Positions 45,064 through 54,751 of a DNA stretch of 64,000 nt are shown here, one piece after another. The stretch lies in assembly GCA_017533005.1 (NCBI GenBank), contig JAFXIQ010000041.1:440-64439 (forward strand). The letters run 5' to 3'. Under the pieces are notes generated by a model. The model saw nothing but the letters and a program-made list of their open reading frames with translations. It was not told where the DNA came from and did not search any database. Positions within the stretch are counted from its first letter, which is position 1. Each line of letters starts with the position of its first letter. The translations under genes were made by a program, and so were the position numbers. Source of the DNA: Clostridia bacterium. Its GTDB lineage: Bacteria; Bacillota; Clostridia; Christensenellales; DTU072.

Positions 45064-46223
45064 ACTGTCTCCTTGTTGAAATCGTTTACTTGTATATTAC
45101 AGTTTAACGTACCGTTTGCCGTTATTAAAGTATCGCCTTGAACTGCTTCCGGAAGCGTAATCGTGAAAGCTTTACCCATAACGAAAACATACAAAATGTT
45201 TCCTTTCTGATAGTAAGTAAGCCAAACGCTATCTTCTATTTCAAGAAATCTAGACGTATTTCCATCTCCGTTTACGCTTGTAGCATCACATACGACAACG
45301 CCGTTTTCTTTTGAAACGTACACGTAAACTTCTTGTGAATAACGTGAATAAAGCTTCAAATAACACTCCGTTGCGCTACCGAAAACAATATTCATTTTAT
45401 ACTCTTTATTCGCCTTGAAATCAGGAAGATATCCCTTTTTATCAACGAAAAGTCCACCTAAAGTCCAATTATATTCCTTTTGGTAATCGTATTCGCGAAT
45501 CGTGCGCAAAGCGATTTTATCATCTAAAAAGGCTTCCTTTATCACTGCGTTGCCGTTTTTACTGCCTATCAATAGCGTTCTACCATCTAATAAAAACGCC
45601 GTTCTAGGCATACTTAAGTCGTCAAGGTCCACGCTCTTTTTGAGCTTGCCATTTTCAATACGAGCACATTTAGCTAAATTACCTTTGCCATAAATCAAAT
45701 ATAATCCGTCGTTCAAACCGATAACGCTAGCGCTTCTAACTCCGTTTATCACAACGCCGTGCAACAACTCGTCGTCTAAAAGCCATTGCATCGTATTTTG
45801 CGATTTGTAAATTTTTACTTCGCCGTTCATCCCAACGGTAGCAAGGTAGTATTTGCCGTTTATGCGTGAAATCTTAACGTCGACCTTGCCCACGTTTTTC
45901 ACAATAGGTTCCGGATGTTGCGTCCATTCGCCGTTTTTCCCACGGACGGTTAATTTAATCTTGCCGTTTTGATTGAAAAATACGTAAACTTTATTTGCTC
46001 TGACCACTGCTGTTGGCAAAGTAAGCTCGCTAAACGACTCGACGACAACTCCACTAAAAGTGAAATTTTTAAGCTCTACGGATACAAATTCCACTATTTT
46101 GCGATGGTCTTTTGAAAGTGCGAACGTATGATAAGTACCTTCGTTATAAACGATAGCGCCTATTTCCAATCCGTCTAAAGTTAGCTCGACGTTTGATTCT
46201 TTCGTTAGAAATGGTAATTTCAT
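45060..46223 (-). CDS. Hypothetical protein (beta-rich, unknown function)
   Basis: 387-aa clean ORF, translationally coupled to the HD hydrolase. I recognise no catalytic motif. Confidence 0.55.
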   Translation of the reverse strand: MKLPFLTKESNVELTLDGLEIGAIVYNEGTYHTFALSKDHRKIVEFVSVELKNFTFSGVVVESFSELTLPTAVVRANKVYVFFNQNGKIKLTVRGKNGEWTQHPEPIVKNVGKVDVKISRINGKYYLATVGMNGEVKIYKSQNTMQWLLDDELLHGVVINGVRSASVIGLNDGLYLIYGKGNLAKCARIENGKLKKSVDLDDLSMPRTAFLLDGRTLLIGSKNGNAVIKEAFLDDKIALRTIREYDYQKEYNWTLGGLFVDKKGYLPDFKANKEYKMNIVFGSATECYLKLYSRYSQEVYVYVSKENGVVVCDATSVNGDGNTSRFLEIEDSVWLTYYQKGNILYVFVMGKAFTITLPEAVQGDTLITANGTLNCNIQVNDFNKETV

Positions 46224-46297
46224 GCGTTCTCCACAATAACATCTATGATAATCTATAATAAACTATATTTTAAAATTAGTCAATAGTAACTTTAGTA

Positions 46298-46326
46298 TTG
46301 CGTTCGCGCGCGTAATATGTTATAAT
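46298..46326 (+). promoter_or_regulatory. Promoter of the GH2-sialidase-nanA operon (leaderless geometry)
   Basis: TTGCGT (46298-46303), 17-nt spacer TCGCGCGCGTAATATGT, TATAAT (46321-46326). ATG 46333 lies 6 nt after the -10, with no SD. Confidence 0.6.
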
Positions 46327-46332
46327 GCCCTT

Positions 46333-48054
46333 ATGCTGAAAGAAGAATATCCTCGTCCAAATTTCATAAGACCACGTATCAACGTTCTAGATGGAGAATG
46401 GTTTTTTGCCGACCAAATAAACGAGAATTTCAACTGCTTCGATAGCGCTTGTTACGACAAAAAAATCATCGTTCCTTACGTTCAAGGAACCGAAAAATCC
46501 GGCGTTGAAGGATATTCGCCCGACGTGTGGTACATGCGCGAATTCGAGTTGTCCGCGTCCGAACTTATGGGACATATTCTTTTGAATTTCGGTGCCGTCG
46601 ATTTCCGTGCAGACGTATTTTTAAACGGCAACTTCATTTTTTCTCACTCCGGTGGTTATACGCCTTTTACGATAGACATATCTAGCGTTGCTACGGAAGG
46701 TAAAAATATCCTTGCCGTTCACTGCATAGATTCGCTAACCGAAGAAGGACTACCACGTGGCACACAAAAGGACGCAAACGATAACGGACTATATCCCCCA
46801 ATGACGGGTATATGGCGTAGCGTTTGGTTAGAATTCACAGCACACTCTTATTTCGCTTCAATTCACCCACAGGCAGACGTTCTACAAAAAGCCATCTTTC
46901 TCACCGGAAATATTTACGGCGACATAAAAGACCTACTCATAAACGTAGAACTCTCCTACGACGGTAAGCCTATAGGCAATTTCGCATATCCAGCGAAACA
47001 AAATTATAAAATTTGTATACCGGTTAAAGAGCCAATTCAATATTGGATGCCTATGGAAGGTAGACTTTACGACGTAAAAGTCATGCTTCGCAATAAAAAA
47101 CATGGTATACTAGATATGGTGCATACCTATTGCGGTTTCCGTAGCTTAGCTGTTGATAACAATAGGTTTTACATTAACGGATATCCCTATTTCTTGAGAC
47201 AAGTTTCGGACCATTGTTACTACCACGAAAGCGGTTACTCCGTACCATCGGTAGTGGCACTAAAAGACTACTTGATAAAAGTTGGAATGCTAGGATTTAA
47301 TGGTATAAAAATCACTAAATGTATTCCTTCGCCCAAATACGTTTACCTTGCGGACAAACTAGGACTCGTACTTAACGTGGGGCTTCCTACCGAAAACGCT
47401 TTCCCCGAAAACTCACCTTGCAAACCAGTGATGTTTTCAGAAATACAAACCACGCTTTCTGCATACTTCGGGTGCCCATCTATCGCTATTTGGGGCTTAT
47501 ACGAGCAATTTGACGGAAATCCTAACGATGCATACGAAACGTATAATTTCGTTAAATCGATAGACCCTACTAGGATAATAACGACTTCTATGGGTGGCAA
47601 ACAGTACCCTACCGATATATACGACGTTAACCTTCAAAAGGTAGCCAACTACGACGAGTTAAGACACACGCTTCTCGTCAAAGATCAAGCCGACGGACTA
47701 TCGGATAGAGCGATTAAAAAGCTCTATACTAGTGACCCACTACTACTCACTCCAAACGCTATTCACAGCATACCAGAGTACGTATCTAGCTTCTCCGTAG
47801 GCGCGCTTACGCGCTATGACGAGCCACCTATCGGCAATAGTTACGAAGACCAATTTTTAGAACGCTTCTATCACTTCGCCACTACCATCATGGCGACGGG
47901 AGCTATAGGCTACGTCTATGATACGCTCTTCGATTACGGCGAAAAAAGAACGGGTCTATTATCAACGAATAGGCAATACAAACTATCCAGAAAATCAATT
48001 TCAAAACTTCGTGCAATTAACAAATTCCGTGCACGTTGTGAATCGCAACAATAG
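46333..48054 (+). CDS. Glycoside hydrolase family 2-like protein
   Basis: 573 aa. EYPRPNF, LNFGAVDFRADVFLNGNFIFSHSGGYTPFTIDIS, which parallels the other GH2 at 30618-32366. Confidence 0.75.
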   Translation: MLKEEYPRPNFIRPRINVLDGEWFFADQINENFNCFDSACYDKKIIVPYVQGTEKSGVEGYSPDVWYMREFELSASELMGHILLNFGAVDFRADVFLNGNFIFSHSGGYTPFTIDISSVATEGKNILAVHCIDSLTEEGLPRGTQKDANDNGLYPPMTGIWRSVWLEFTAHSYFASIHPQADVLQKAIFLTGNIYGDIKDLLINVELSYDGKPIGNFAYPAKQNYKICIPVKEPIQYWMPMEGRLYDVKVMLRNKKHGILDMVHTYCGFRSLAVDNNRFYINGYPYFLRQVSDHCYYHESGYSVPSVVALKDYLIKVGMLGFNGIKITKCIPSPKYVYLADKLGLVLNVGLPTENAFPENSPCKPVMFSEIQTTLSAYFGCPSIAIWGLYEQFDGNPNDAYETYNFVKSIDPTRIITTSMGGKQYPTDIYDVNLQKVANYDELRHTLLVKDQADGLSDRAIKKLYTSDPLLLTPNAIHSIPEYVSSFSVGALTRYDEPPIGNSYEDQFLERFYHFATTIMATGAIGYVYDTLFDYGEKRTGLLSTNRQYKLSRKSISKLRAINKFRARCESQQ

Positions 48055-48061
48055 GTGATAC

Positions 48062-49330
48062 ATGAAAGAGCAAATCATATTTTCAAAAGAAACCGGTAAC
48101 GCCAATAATTATCGCATTCCTTCTCTCGTGGCTACTACGAGGGATACTCTCGTTGCTTGTTGTGACGAAAGATTTTTTACCGGAAGCGATAACCCTAATC
48201 GCATCGACAAAGTAATTCGCATCAGCCACGATAACGGAGAAACCTGGGGCGAACAAATTACAGCAGTAGAAGAATGTGGTAAAGACAAAGAGCACGCTTC
48301 TTCAGCAGTTGACCCCGCAATGCTCTACGACAAGGATACTGCTACACTGCATATGATTTATTCACACACTCCTGCAGGCGTAGGAATTCTAAATTGTGCC
48401 AGATCAACCGGTTACGATAAAAACGGCAACAAGCTATACGTTATGGGAAGAAAGAAACTCTCTCTCATCAATGGTGAACTATATTATAAAGGCAAGTCAA
48501 TCGGCATAAAAGTTGATGAGAATGGTCAACTCTCCGATGGTAGCGGTTGCGTTTACGACGGCAGTGCTCCCATAAGAGAAATGGGGACTTCTTTCTTATA
48601 TCACACAATTTCAAAAGATAACGGCGAAACTTGGGAAAAGCCTACCTGCTTAAATTTACAAGTTAAAAATCCCGGTTGGGGATTTATAGGAGCGTGCCCG
48701 GGTAACGGACTAAAGACTTCTAAAAACAGACTCATCTTCCCTATTTATTACGGAGTAAACAAAGCTCCCCTATCTCTAACTTTCGCTACGATGTATTCAG
48801 ACGATGGTGGACTTAACTGGAAGATAGGTAAAACACCGAAAATGGGTGGCAGATTCCCAAAGAACAATCCTATACTAATCATAAATTCTTGCATGCTCAC
48901 CGAAACTCAAATTATAGAGCTCCCTGATGGTACGCTAAAAGCCTTTATGAGAAACCATAAACCACGAAGAAGAATCCTAATCTCGACTTCCACGAATGGT
49001 GGAGAAACTTGGTCAGACCCCGTATTCCACGATGAACTCACCCATCCTATTTGCCAAATATCGGCAATTTCATTCGTTCACGAAGGCAAATTCTACGTCC
49101 TTACAATAAACGCTTCTTCGACGAAAAAACGCGAGCGCGGTGTCGTTCGCTTGAGTGAAGACGAAGGCAAAACCTTCCCCTATTCATACCTTTTGAAAGA
49201 AGGTGAATTCGTATATTCATCTGCGCAATACCTATCGGACGGCACGATTGGCATTCTATACGAAGACTCTACACAACACGAAAACATCAAATTTACAAAA
49301 ATAACTATAGACCAAATAAAAGGAGTATAA
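48062..49330 (+). CDS. nanH: Exo-alpha-sialidase (GH33)
   Basis: 422 aa. YRIPSL (RIP motif) and five Asp-box-like repeats: SHDNGETW, SKDNGETW, SDDGGLNW, STNGGETW, SEDEGKTF. Confidence 0.9.
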   Translation: MKEQIIFSKETGNANNYRIPSLVATTRDTLVACCDERFFTGSDNPNRIDKVIRISHDNGETWGEQITAVEECGKDKEHASSAVDPAMLYDKDTATLHMIYSHTPAGVGILNCARSTGYDKNGNKLYVMGRKKLSLINGELYYKGKSIGIKVDENGQLSDGSGCVYDGSAPIREMGTSFLYHTISKDNGETWEKPTCLNLQVKNPGWGFIGACPGNGLKTSKNRLIFPIYYGVNKAPLSLTFATMYSDDGGLNWKIGKTPKMGGRFPKNNPILIINSCMLTETQIIELPDGTLKAFMRNHKPRRRILISTSTNGGETWSDPVFHDELTHPICQISAISFVHEGKFYVLTINASSTKKRERGVVRLSEDEGKTFPYSYLLKEGEFVYSSAQYLSDGTIGILYEDSTQHENIKFTKITIDQIKGV

Positions 49331-49332
49331 CA

Positions 49333-50220
49333 ATGACAGACGTCTCTTCTAAACTCAAGGGAATTTTCCCCGCACTACTCACACCGTTTAACGATGATGA
49401 AAGTATCAATACCGAAGCTCTAACAGCTCTAGTTAAACGCCTTGCTTCAAAAGGCGTTCAAGGCTTTTACGTAGGTGGTTCTACCGGTGAAAGCATGGTT
49501 ATGTCTAACGAAGAAAGAAAACTCGTTTTCAAAACCGTAAAAGAAGCTTGCCCTGATAATCTAGCTTTAATTGCTCACGTAGGCGCTATTTCTACAGAAA
49601 TGGCTATCGATATGGGTAAATACGCTAAATCTCTAGGCTACACTGCAATAAGCGCAGTAGCTCCCTTTTACTATTCATTCAAGCTAGAAGAAATTCTACA
49701 ATATTATCGTGATATCGTTAATGCTGTAGATATGCCTATGATTATATACAACTTCCCTCTAGCAGGTGGATTCAGCCTAACCCCAGCAATCGCAAAAGAG
49801 CTCTTTGCAGACCCACGTTTCGTAGGTATCAAACATACTTCTAACGATTTCTTTGCTCTAGACGGTTTCAGACAAATTTCCGACAAACTAGCTCTCTTCA
49901 ACGGCTATGATGAAGTTATGCTCGCAGGCCTAGGAATGGGCGCAAGCGGTGGTATCGGTAGCACTTATAACGTTATGCCCGAGAAGTATCTCGCTCTATA
50001 CGAAGCATTCAATAACGGCGAAATTAAGAAAGCTCAAGCTATCCAAAAAGAAATCTGTGAAATCATTCGCGTTATGATTAAATGCGGTGTTATGCAAAGT
50101 GAAAAGTACCTAGTTTCAAAAGCCGGAATCCCTATGGGTGACTGCCGTAAGCCTTTCTCAAAACTAACCGAAGAAAGCAAGAAACTACTAGATTCTATCA
50201 CTTCTCTAAACTTTAACTAA
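49333..50220 (+). CDS. nanA: N-acetylneuraminate lyase
   Basis: 295 aa, DHDPS/NAL family. GGSTGE, YNFP, GIKHTS Schiff-base lysine region. Confidence 0.88.
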   Translation: MTDVSSKLKGIFPALLTPFNDDESINTEALTALVKRLASKGVQGFYVGGSTGESMVMSNEERKLVFKTVKEACPDNLALIAHVGAISTEMAIDMGKYAKSLGYTAISAVAPFYYSFKLEEILQYYRDIVNAVDMPMIIYNFPLAGGFSLTPAIAKELFADPRFVGIKHTSNDFFALDGFRQISDKLALFNGYDEVMLAGLGMGASGGIGSTYNVMPEKYLALYEAFNNGEIKKAQAIQKEICEIIRVMIKCGVMQSEKYLVSKAGIPMGDCRKPFSKLTEESKKLLDSITSLNFN

Positions 50221-50240
50221 ACCCATTATGAAATAATTAA

Positions 50241-50268
50241 GACAACGCTATAGCGTTGTCTTTTTTTT
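50241..50268 (+). terminator. Rho-independent terminator after nanA
   Basis: Stem GACAACGC pairs with GCGTTGTC, loop TATA, followed by T8. Confidence 0.8.
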
Positions 50269-50283
50269 ATTAAAAGCAACTTA

Positions 50284-50312
50284 TTGCACAAACCTAGAAA
50301 ATAGTATATAAT
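50284..50312 (+). promoter_or_regulatory. Promoter of the ATPase-DUF1538-PII operon
   Basis: TTGCAC (50284-50289), 17 nt, TATAAT (50307-50312). GGAGA lies before ATG 50348. Confidence 0.6.
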
Positions 50313-50347
50313 AAACGTATAGGTCAAAAATACCGTGGAGAAAACTT

Positions 50348-52849
50348 ATGGAAAACACCACTGACATAAAAGCAGAAGAGCTATTTACAACCGACCTAAA
50401 ATCAGGACTCACTAGTCAAGAAGTTGCTACTAGAGTTTCCGAAGGGAAGGTTAATGGCAATCAAAACGTTAAAACAAAAAGCATTTGGCAAATAATCAGG
50501 ACTAACACGTTTACGTTCTTCAACGTATTATTTGCTATTTTTTCTATTATTATAATCGCATTTGACTTAGGACTATCCGAACTAGGTTTTCTAGTGATTG
50601 TTATCTTCAACCTTGCTATCGGTATCGTACAAGAAGTAAAAGCAAAGCGCACTATCGATAAGTTGTCGCTTATTTCTGCGCCAAAAGTAACTGCGTTAAG
50701 AGATGGAGTAGAGTGCGAAATCAAGCTCGAAGACATCGTTATGGACGACTTAATACTTCTAGAAACAGGCAATCAAATTTGCGCCGATGCTAGAATTATA
50801 GAAGGCACTATCGAAGTTAACGAATCTCAAATAACCGGTGAGCCTGACGCTATTACAAAGAACCCTGGTGACGAAATATTTTCCGGAAGTTTCATAGTGT
50901 CTGGGCGTGCTGTTTCGCAAGTTATTCGCATAGGTAAAGATAACTATGCAACCAAGATTTCTTCCGGTGCAAAATATATCAAAAAAACTAGCAGTCAACT
51001 TATGATTTCGCTTATGCGCTTTATCAAACTTATGACTGCAATCATAGTTCCTCTCGGCATAATTCTTCTTTGTACCAAGCTTCTCATACAAAGCCTTGAT
51101 TATAAAACTGCGCTACTTGATACGGTAACCATGATGGTTTCTATGATTCCGTCCGGACTAGTTGCGCTCACCTCTGCCGTTTTCTGCGTATCGGTCGTAA
51201 GGCTATCTAAACACAAGGCGCTAGCGCAAGACCTCTATGCAGCAGAGTCGCTTGCTCGCGTTGACGTGCTTTGTCTTGATAAAACCGGAACGATTACGGA
51301 AGGCACTATGGAAGTGCACGAAGTAAAAGCTGTAAACATAGAATACGATGAATTACTACACTTAATCAAAAACGTAGTAACGGCGATTGGAGATAATAAT
51401 CCCACTGCTAACGCTATGAAAGAATATTTAACGTCTACTTACGTTACCGAAGAAACTCAAGACGTAATTCCCTTCTCTTCCGCAAGAAAATGGAGTGGAG
51501 CAAATCTTTCTTCTGGTGGTTACGCAATAGGCGCTTGTGAATTCATACTTAAAGAAACCACTGAAGAAATTGATAACACTATCAAAGAGTATTCCGAAAA
51601 AGGATATCGCGTTCTAATTGTTACTAGAAGTGCGTCCCCTATCATTGACAACACTTTAAACGACGATATGACGCTCATCGGTTACATCTTTATAACTGAT
51701 AAAATACGTCAAGAAGCTCCCGAAACTCTTGCGTATTTTGCAGAGCAAGGCGTTACAATTAAAATTATTTCCGGAGATAACCCCGTAACAGTTAAGAGTA
51801 TAGCCGAACGTGCAGGCGTTCAAAACGCCGATAGCTACGTAGACGTTTCCACATTGTCTGATGATGAAATTGCAGACGCTATAGAGAACTACACGGTTTT
51901 CGGTCGCGTTACTCCAGATAGAAAGCTTGCATTTGTAAAAGCACTAAAAGCAAAAGGTCATACCGTTGCTATGACAGGCGACGGCGTTAACGACGTTCTC
52001 GCACTCAAAGAAAGCGATTGCTCCGTTGCTATGGCTGCCGGCTCCGATGCTGCTAAAAACGTTTCTCAAGTTGTTCTCCTTGATAGCAATTTCGCAAGCA
52101 TGCCGAAAATCGTTGCCGAAGGCAGACGTTCTATCAATAACCTTGAACGCTCGGCTTCATTGTTCCTAGTAAAGACTTTTTACAGCTTGTTCCTTGCTAT
52201 TACCTTCCTATTTATTCACGAAGAACTCCCATATTCGTTAATAAACCTAACGATTTTGAGTGGTTTGTCGGTAGGACTTCCTTCGTTTATACTTGCACTC
52301 GAGCCAAATAAAGAACGTGTTAAAGGTAAATTCCTTGATAAAATTATTTTCCGTGCTCTCCCTGGCTCGATTTGTATAGCTATAGTCGTAATCGCTATGA
52401 CTCTGCTAAAAGCTTTCATTCCATCACTAGAGAGCGCATTTACAGCACAATACTCATTCGAGACAACTTGTATACTTGTTATGGCGTTCGTTTCGTTTAT
52501 GTACCTATTTAGAGTTTGTATGCCGTTCGATAAAGTGCGTGTCGTTCTCTTTATCGGTATGCTAGCGTTGTATATCCTAGCGTTTATTATTTCTCCGTAC
52601 ATCGTAAAAATCATACCTGCTTTGGACTTCAAGCTAACGCACGACCTTCCCATGGAATCTCTATACGTAGCGCTTCCTATGGCCGTTATCACGGTTCCCA
52701 TCTTCTTACTAATGACAAACGCGTTGTCATCGGCATCAGAAAAAGAACCAATAAACCGTATGTTAGACAAGTTGAAAGACGTAACATTCCCCTTCTATGC
52801 AAGAGTCGGCAATCGCGTTAAAAATCTATTCACGAGAAAGCATAAATAA
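50348..52849 (+). CDS. Cation-translocating P-type ATPase (type II/III-like, substrate unknown)
   Basis: 833 aa. Phosphorylation site CLDKTGTITEG and hinge TGDGVNDVLALKESD. The N-terminus is Cation_ATPase_N-like, GLTSQEVATRVSEGKVNG. The TM4 region reads MIPSGLVALT, which is neither CPC nor PEGL. Confidence 0.88.
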   Translation: MENTTDIKAEELFTTDLKSGLTSQEVATRVSEGKVNGNQNVKTKSIWQIIRTNTFTFFNVLFAIFSIIIIAFDLGLSELGFLVIVIFNLAIGIVQEVKAKRTIDKLSLISAPKVTALRDGVECEIKLEDIVMDDLILLETGNQICADARIIEGTIEVNESQITGEPDAITKNPGDEIFSGSFIVSGRAVSQVIRIGKDNYATKISSGAKYIKKTSSQLMISLMRFIKLMTAIIVPLGIILLCTKLLIQSLDYKTALLDTVTMMVSMIPSGLVALTSAVFCVSVVRLSKHKALAQDLYAAESLARVDVLCLDKTGTITEGTMEVHEVKAVNIEYDELLHLIKNVVTAIGDNNPTANAMKEYLTSTYVTEETQDVIPFSSARKWSGANLSSGGYAIGACEFILKETTEEIDNTIKEYSEKGYRVLIVTRSASPIIDNTLNDDMTLIGYIFITDKIRQEAPETLAYFAEQGVTIKIISGDNPVTVKSIAERAGVQNADSYVDVSTLSDDEIADAIENYTVFGRVTPDRKLAFVKALKAKGHTVAMTGDGVNDVLALKESDCSVAMAAGSDAAKNVSQVVLLDSNFASMPKIVAEGRRSINNLERSASLFLVKTFYSLFLAITFLFIHEELPYSLINLTILSGLSVGLPSFILALEPNKERVKGKFLDKIIFRALPGSICIAIVVIAMTLLKAFIPSLESAFTAQYSFETTCILVMAFVSFMYLFRVCMPFDKVRVVLFIGMLALYILAFIISPYIVKIIPALDFKLTHDLPMESLYVALPMAVITVPIFLLMTNALSSASEKEPINRMLDKLKDVTFPFYARVGNRVKNLFTRKHK

Positions 52850-54414
52850 TGTTAAAAAACCTTGCTAAAAAATTACTAGAATCGGCTTTATCCGTCCTTC
52901 CTATCGCAATAGTTACGATAGCTGTTGCGCTCATTTTCACGGATATTGACGGTTTACAATTAGCAAGTTTTTCTATAGGCGCGGTCTTTTTGATAGTTGG
53001 TATATGCTTATTCACGTTAGGCGCAGATATTGCAATGCTAAATATCGGTAGAGAAATCGGTGCATATATGTCAAAAAGTCGCAAAATGTGGTTTATTCTA
53101 CTCATAAGCTTCATTATGGGCGTGATTATCACTATTGCAGAGCCAGATTTAACCGTTCTAGCTAAACAAATAGGTTCTAATACCATTATATATATCGTTG
53201 CTTTAAGCGTTGGTGTTTTCTTAGTAGTTTCTATGCTGAGAACGTTCTTAAAAATTAAATTGTCCTACTTACTACTAGCGTTATACGGCATTGTCTTCAT
53301 TCTTGCAATTTTTGCGCCCAAGGAATTCGTTCCACTGTCCTTTGACTCTGGTGGCGTTACGACCGGGCCTATCACCGTTCCGTTTATTATGTCACTAGGT
53401 ATAGGTCTTGCTTCCGTTCGTGGTGGCAATTCTTCTACAGAAGACTCTTTCGGCACTATTGCGCTTTGTTCGATAGGTCCTATACTTGCAATGCTGATTT
53501 TATCAATGACAGGCGTTATAAACTACGAAGAAACGAGTAGTAATGTGCTTGTAATAGATAGTTTCCGTGACGTTGTCATATCGTTTTTAACCACTATACC
53601 ACACACTATGAAAGAAGTTGCTATTGCACTTCTTCCCATCGCTGTAGCGTTCATAGTGTTCCAAATTTTCTTCATAAAACTACCTAAAGCAAAACTACTG
53701 CAAATCATAATAGGCTTCGTTTATACCTATCTAGGCTTAACCATTTTCTTAACCGGCGTTAATGCAGGCTTTATGCCCATGGGAAGTGAACTTGGTTCAC
53801 AACTCGCTGGCTCTGAGTTTAAATGGCTCCTTGTGCCTTTGGGCGCTCTTATCGGTGCGCTAGTCATGCTCGCAGAACCTGCGGTTCACGTTCTTAATAA
53901 ACAAGTAGAAGAACTAACTGGTGGCGCGATTAAACGCTCCACGATGTTGGTATGGTTATGTATAGGTGTATCCATTGCAGTTGCACTAAGTATGGTGCGT
54001 GTATTAACGGGAATAAGCATTTGGTGGATATTAGCTCCCATGTACGGTATTGCACTTGTATTAACGTTCTTCGTTCCTACTATGTTTACGGCAATAGCAT
54101 TCGACTCAGGTGGCGTAGCATCCGGCCCACTCACAGCAACGTTTATGCTACCACTTGCAACGGGAGCTTGCGCAATGCTAAACAGTGATATTTTAACCGA
54201 TGCTTATGGACTCGTTGCATTCGTAGCCCTTGCTCCACTAGTTACTATTCAGCTATTAGGTTTGATTTATACAATTAAACTAAAACTCTCGAAACCCACA
54301 ATTAAGGATACTGAACTTCAAACTAAAGATAGCGAAATTGTTGATTTCGATATAATTAATATAGACACGGAAGAAATAAATAAGGAGGTAGACGATAATG
54401 GATACGACCATTAA
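52849..54414 (+). CDS. Internally duplicated DUF1538-family membrane protein
   Basis: 521 aa, polytopic. Two homologous halves carry SFDSGGVTTGPITVPFIMSLGIG and AFDSGGVASGPLTATFMLPLATG. The start overlaps the ATPase stop (TAATG). Confidence 0.75.
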   Translation: MLKNLAKKLLESALSVLPIAIVTIAVALIFTDIDGLQLASFSIGAVFLIVGICLFTLGADIAMLNIGREIGAYMSKSRKMWFILLISFIMGVIITIAEPDLTVLAKQIGSNTIIYIVALSVGVFLVVSMLRTFLKIKLSYLLLALYGIVFILAIFAPKEFVPLSFDSGGVTTGPITVPFIMSLGIGLASVRGGNSSTEDSFGTIALCSIGPILAMLILSMTGVINYEETSSNVLVIDSFRDVVISFLTTIPHTMKEVAIALLPIAVAFIVFQIFFIKLPKAKLLQIIIGFVYTYLGLTIFLTGVNAGFMPMGSELGSQLAGSEFKWLLVPLGALIGALVMLAEPAVHVLNKQVEELTGGAIKRSTMLVWLCIGVSIAVALSMVRVLTGISIWWILAPMYGIALVLTFFVPTMFTAIAFDSGGVASGPLTATFMLPLATGACAMLNSDILTDAYGLVAFVALAPLVTIQLLGLIYTIKLKLSKPTIKDTELQTKDSEIVDFDIINIDTEEINKEVDDNGYDH

Positions 54415-54739
54415 ACCTATCAAACTTACCATTATAATAACGGATAGAAGTCGTTCGAAAAAGGTAACGAAAACCCTCAACGCTCACGGCTACGACTATC
54501 AATTCGCAACAACGGCAAAAGGCACTGCGCCTAGTGATATTCAAGCATACTTTTGTCTAAACGAACCGGAAAAATGTATAGTCTTTTGCCCTATTGCAGA
54601 AGACCGTGTACAAGAGCTTCTTGAAGTTATTAGAAATGAACTGCACTTTGACGAGCCTAACACCGGTATTGCATTTACAGTACCTATCGGTAGCTTATCG
54701 AGTATAAATATTCTTAAATATCTCAATCACGAATGTTAA
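54398..54739 (+). CDS. PII-like signal-transduction protein (divergent)
   Basis: 113 aa. Beta-alpha-beta layout IKLTIIITDRSRSKKVTKTL... and C-terminal NTGIAFTVPI, equivalent to GlnB GDGKIFVxPV. AAGGAGG upstream; overlaps DUF1538 by 17 nt. Confidence 0.7.
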   Translation: MDTTIKPIKLTIIITDRSRSKKVTKTLNAHGYDYQFATTAKGTAPSDIQAYFCLNEPEKCIVFCPIAEDRVQELLEVIRNELHFDEPNTGIAFTVPIGSLSSINILKYLNHEC

Positions 54740-54751
54740 AAGGAGTTAATT

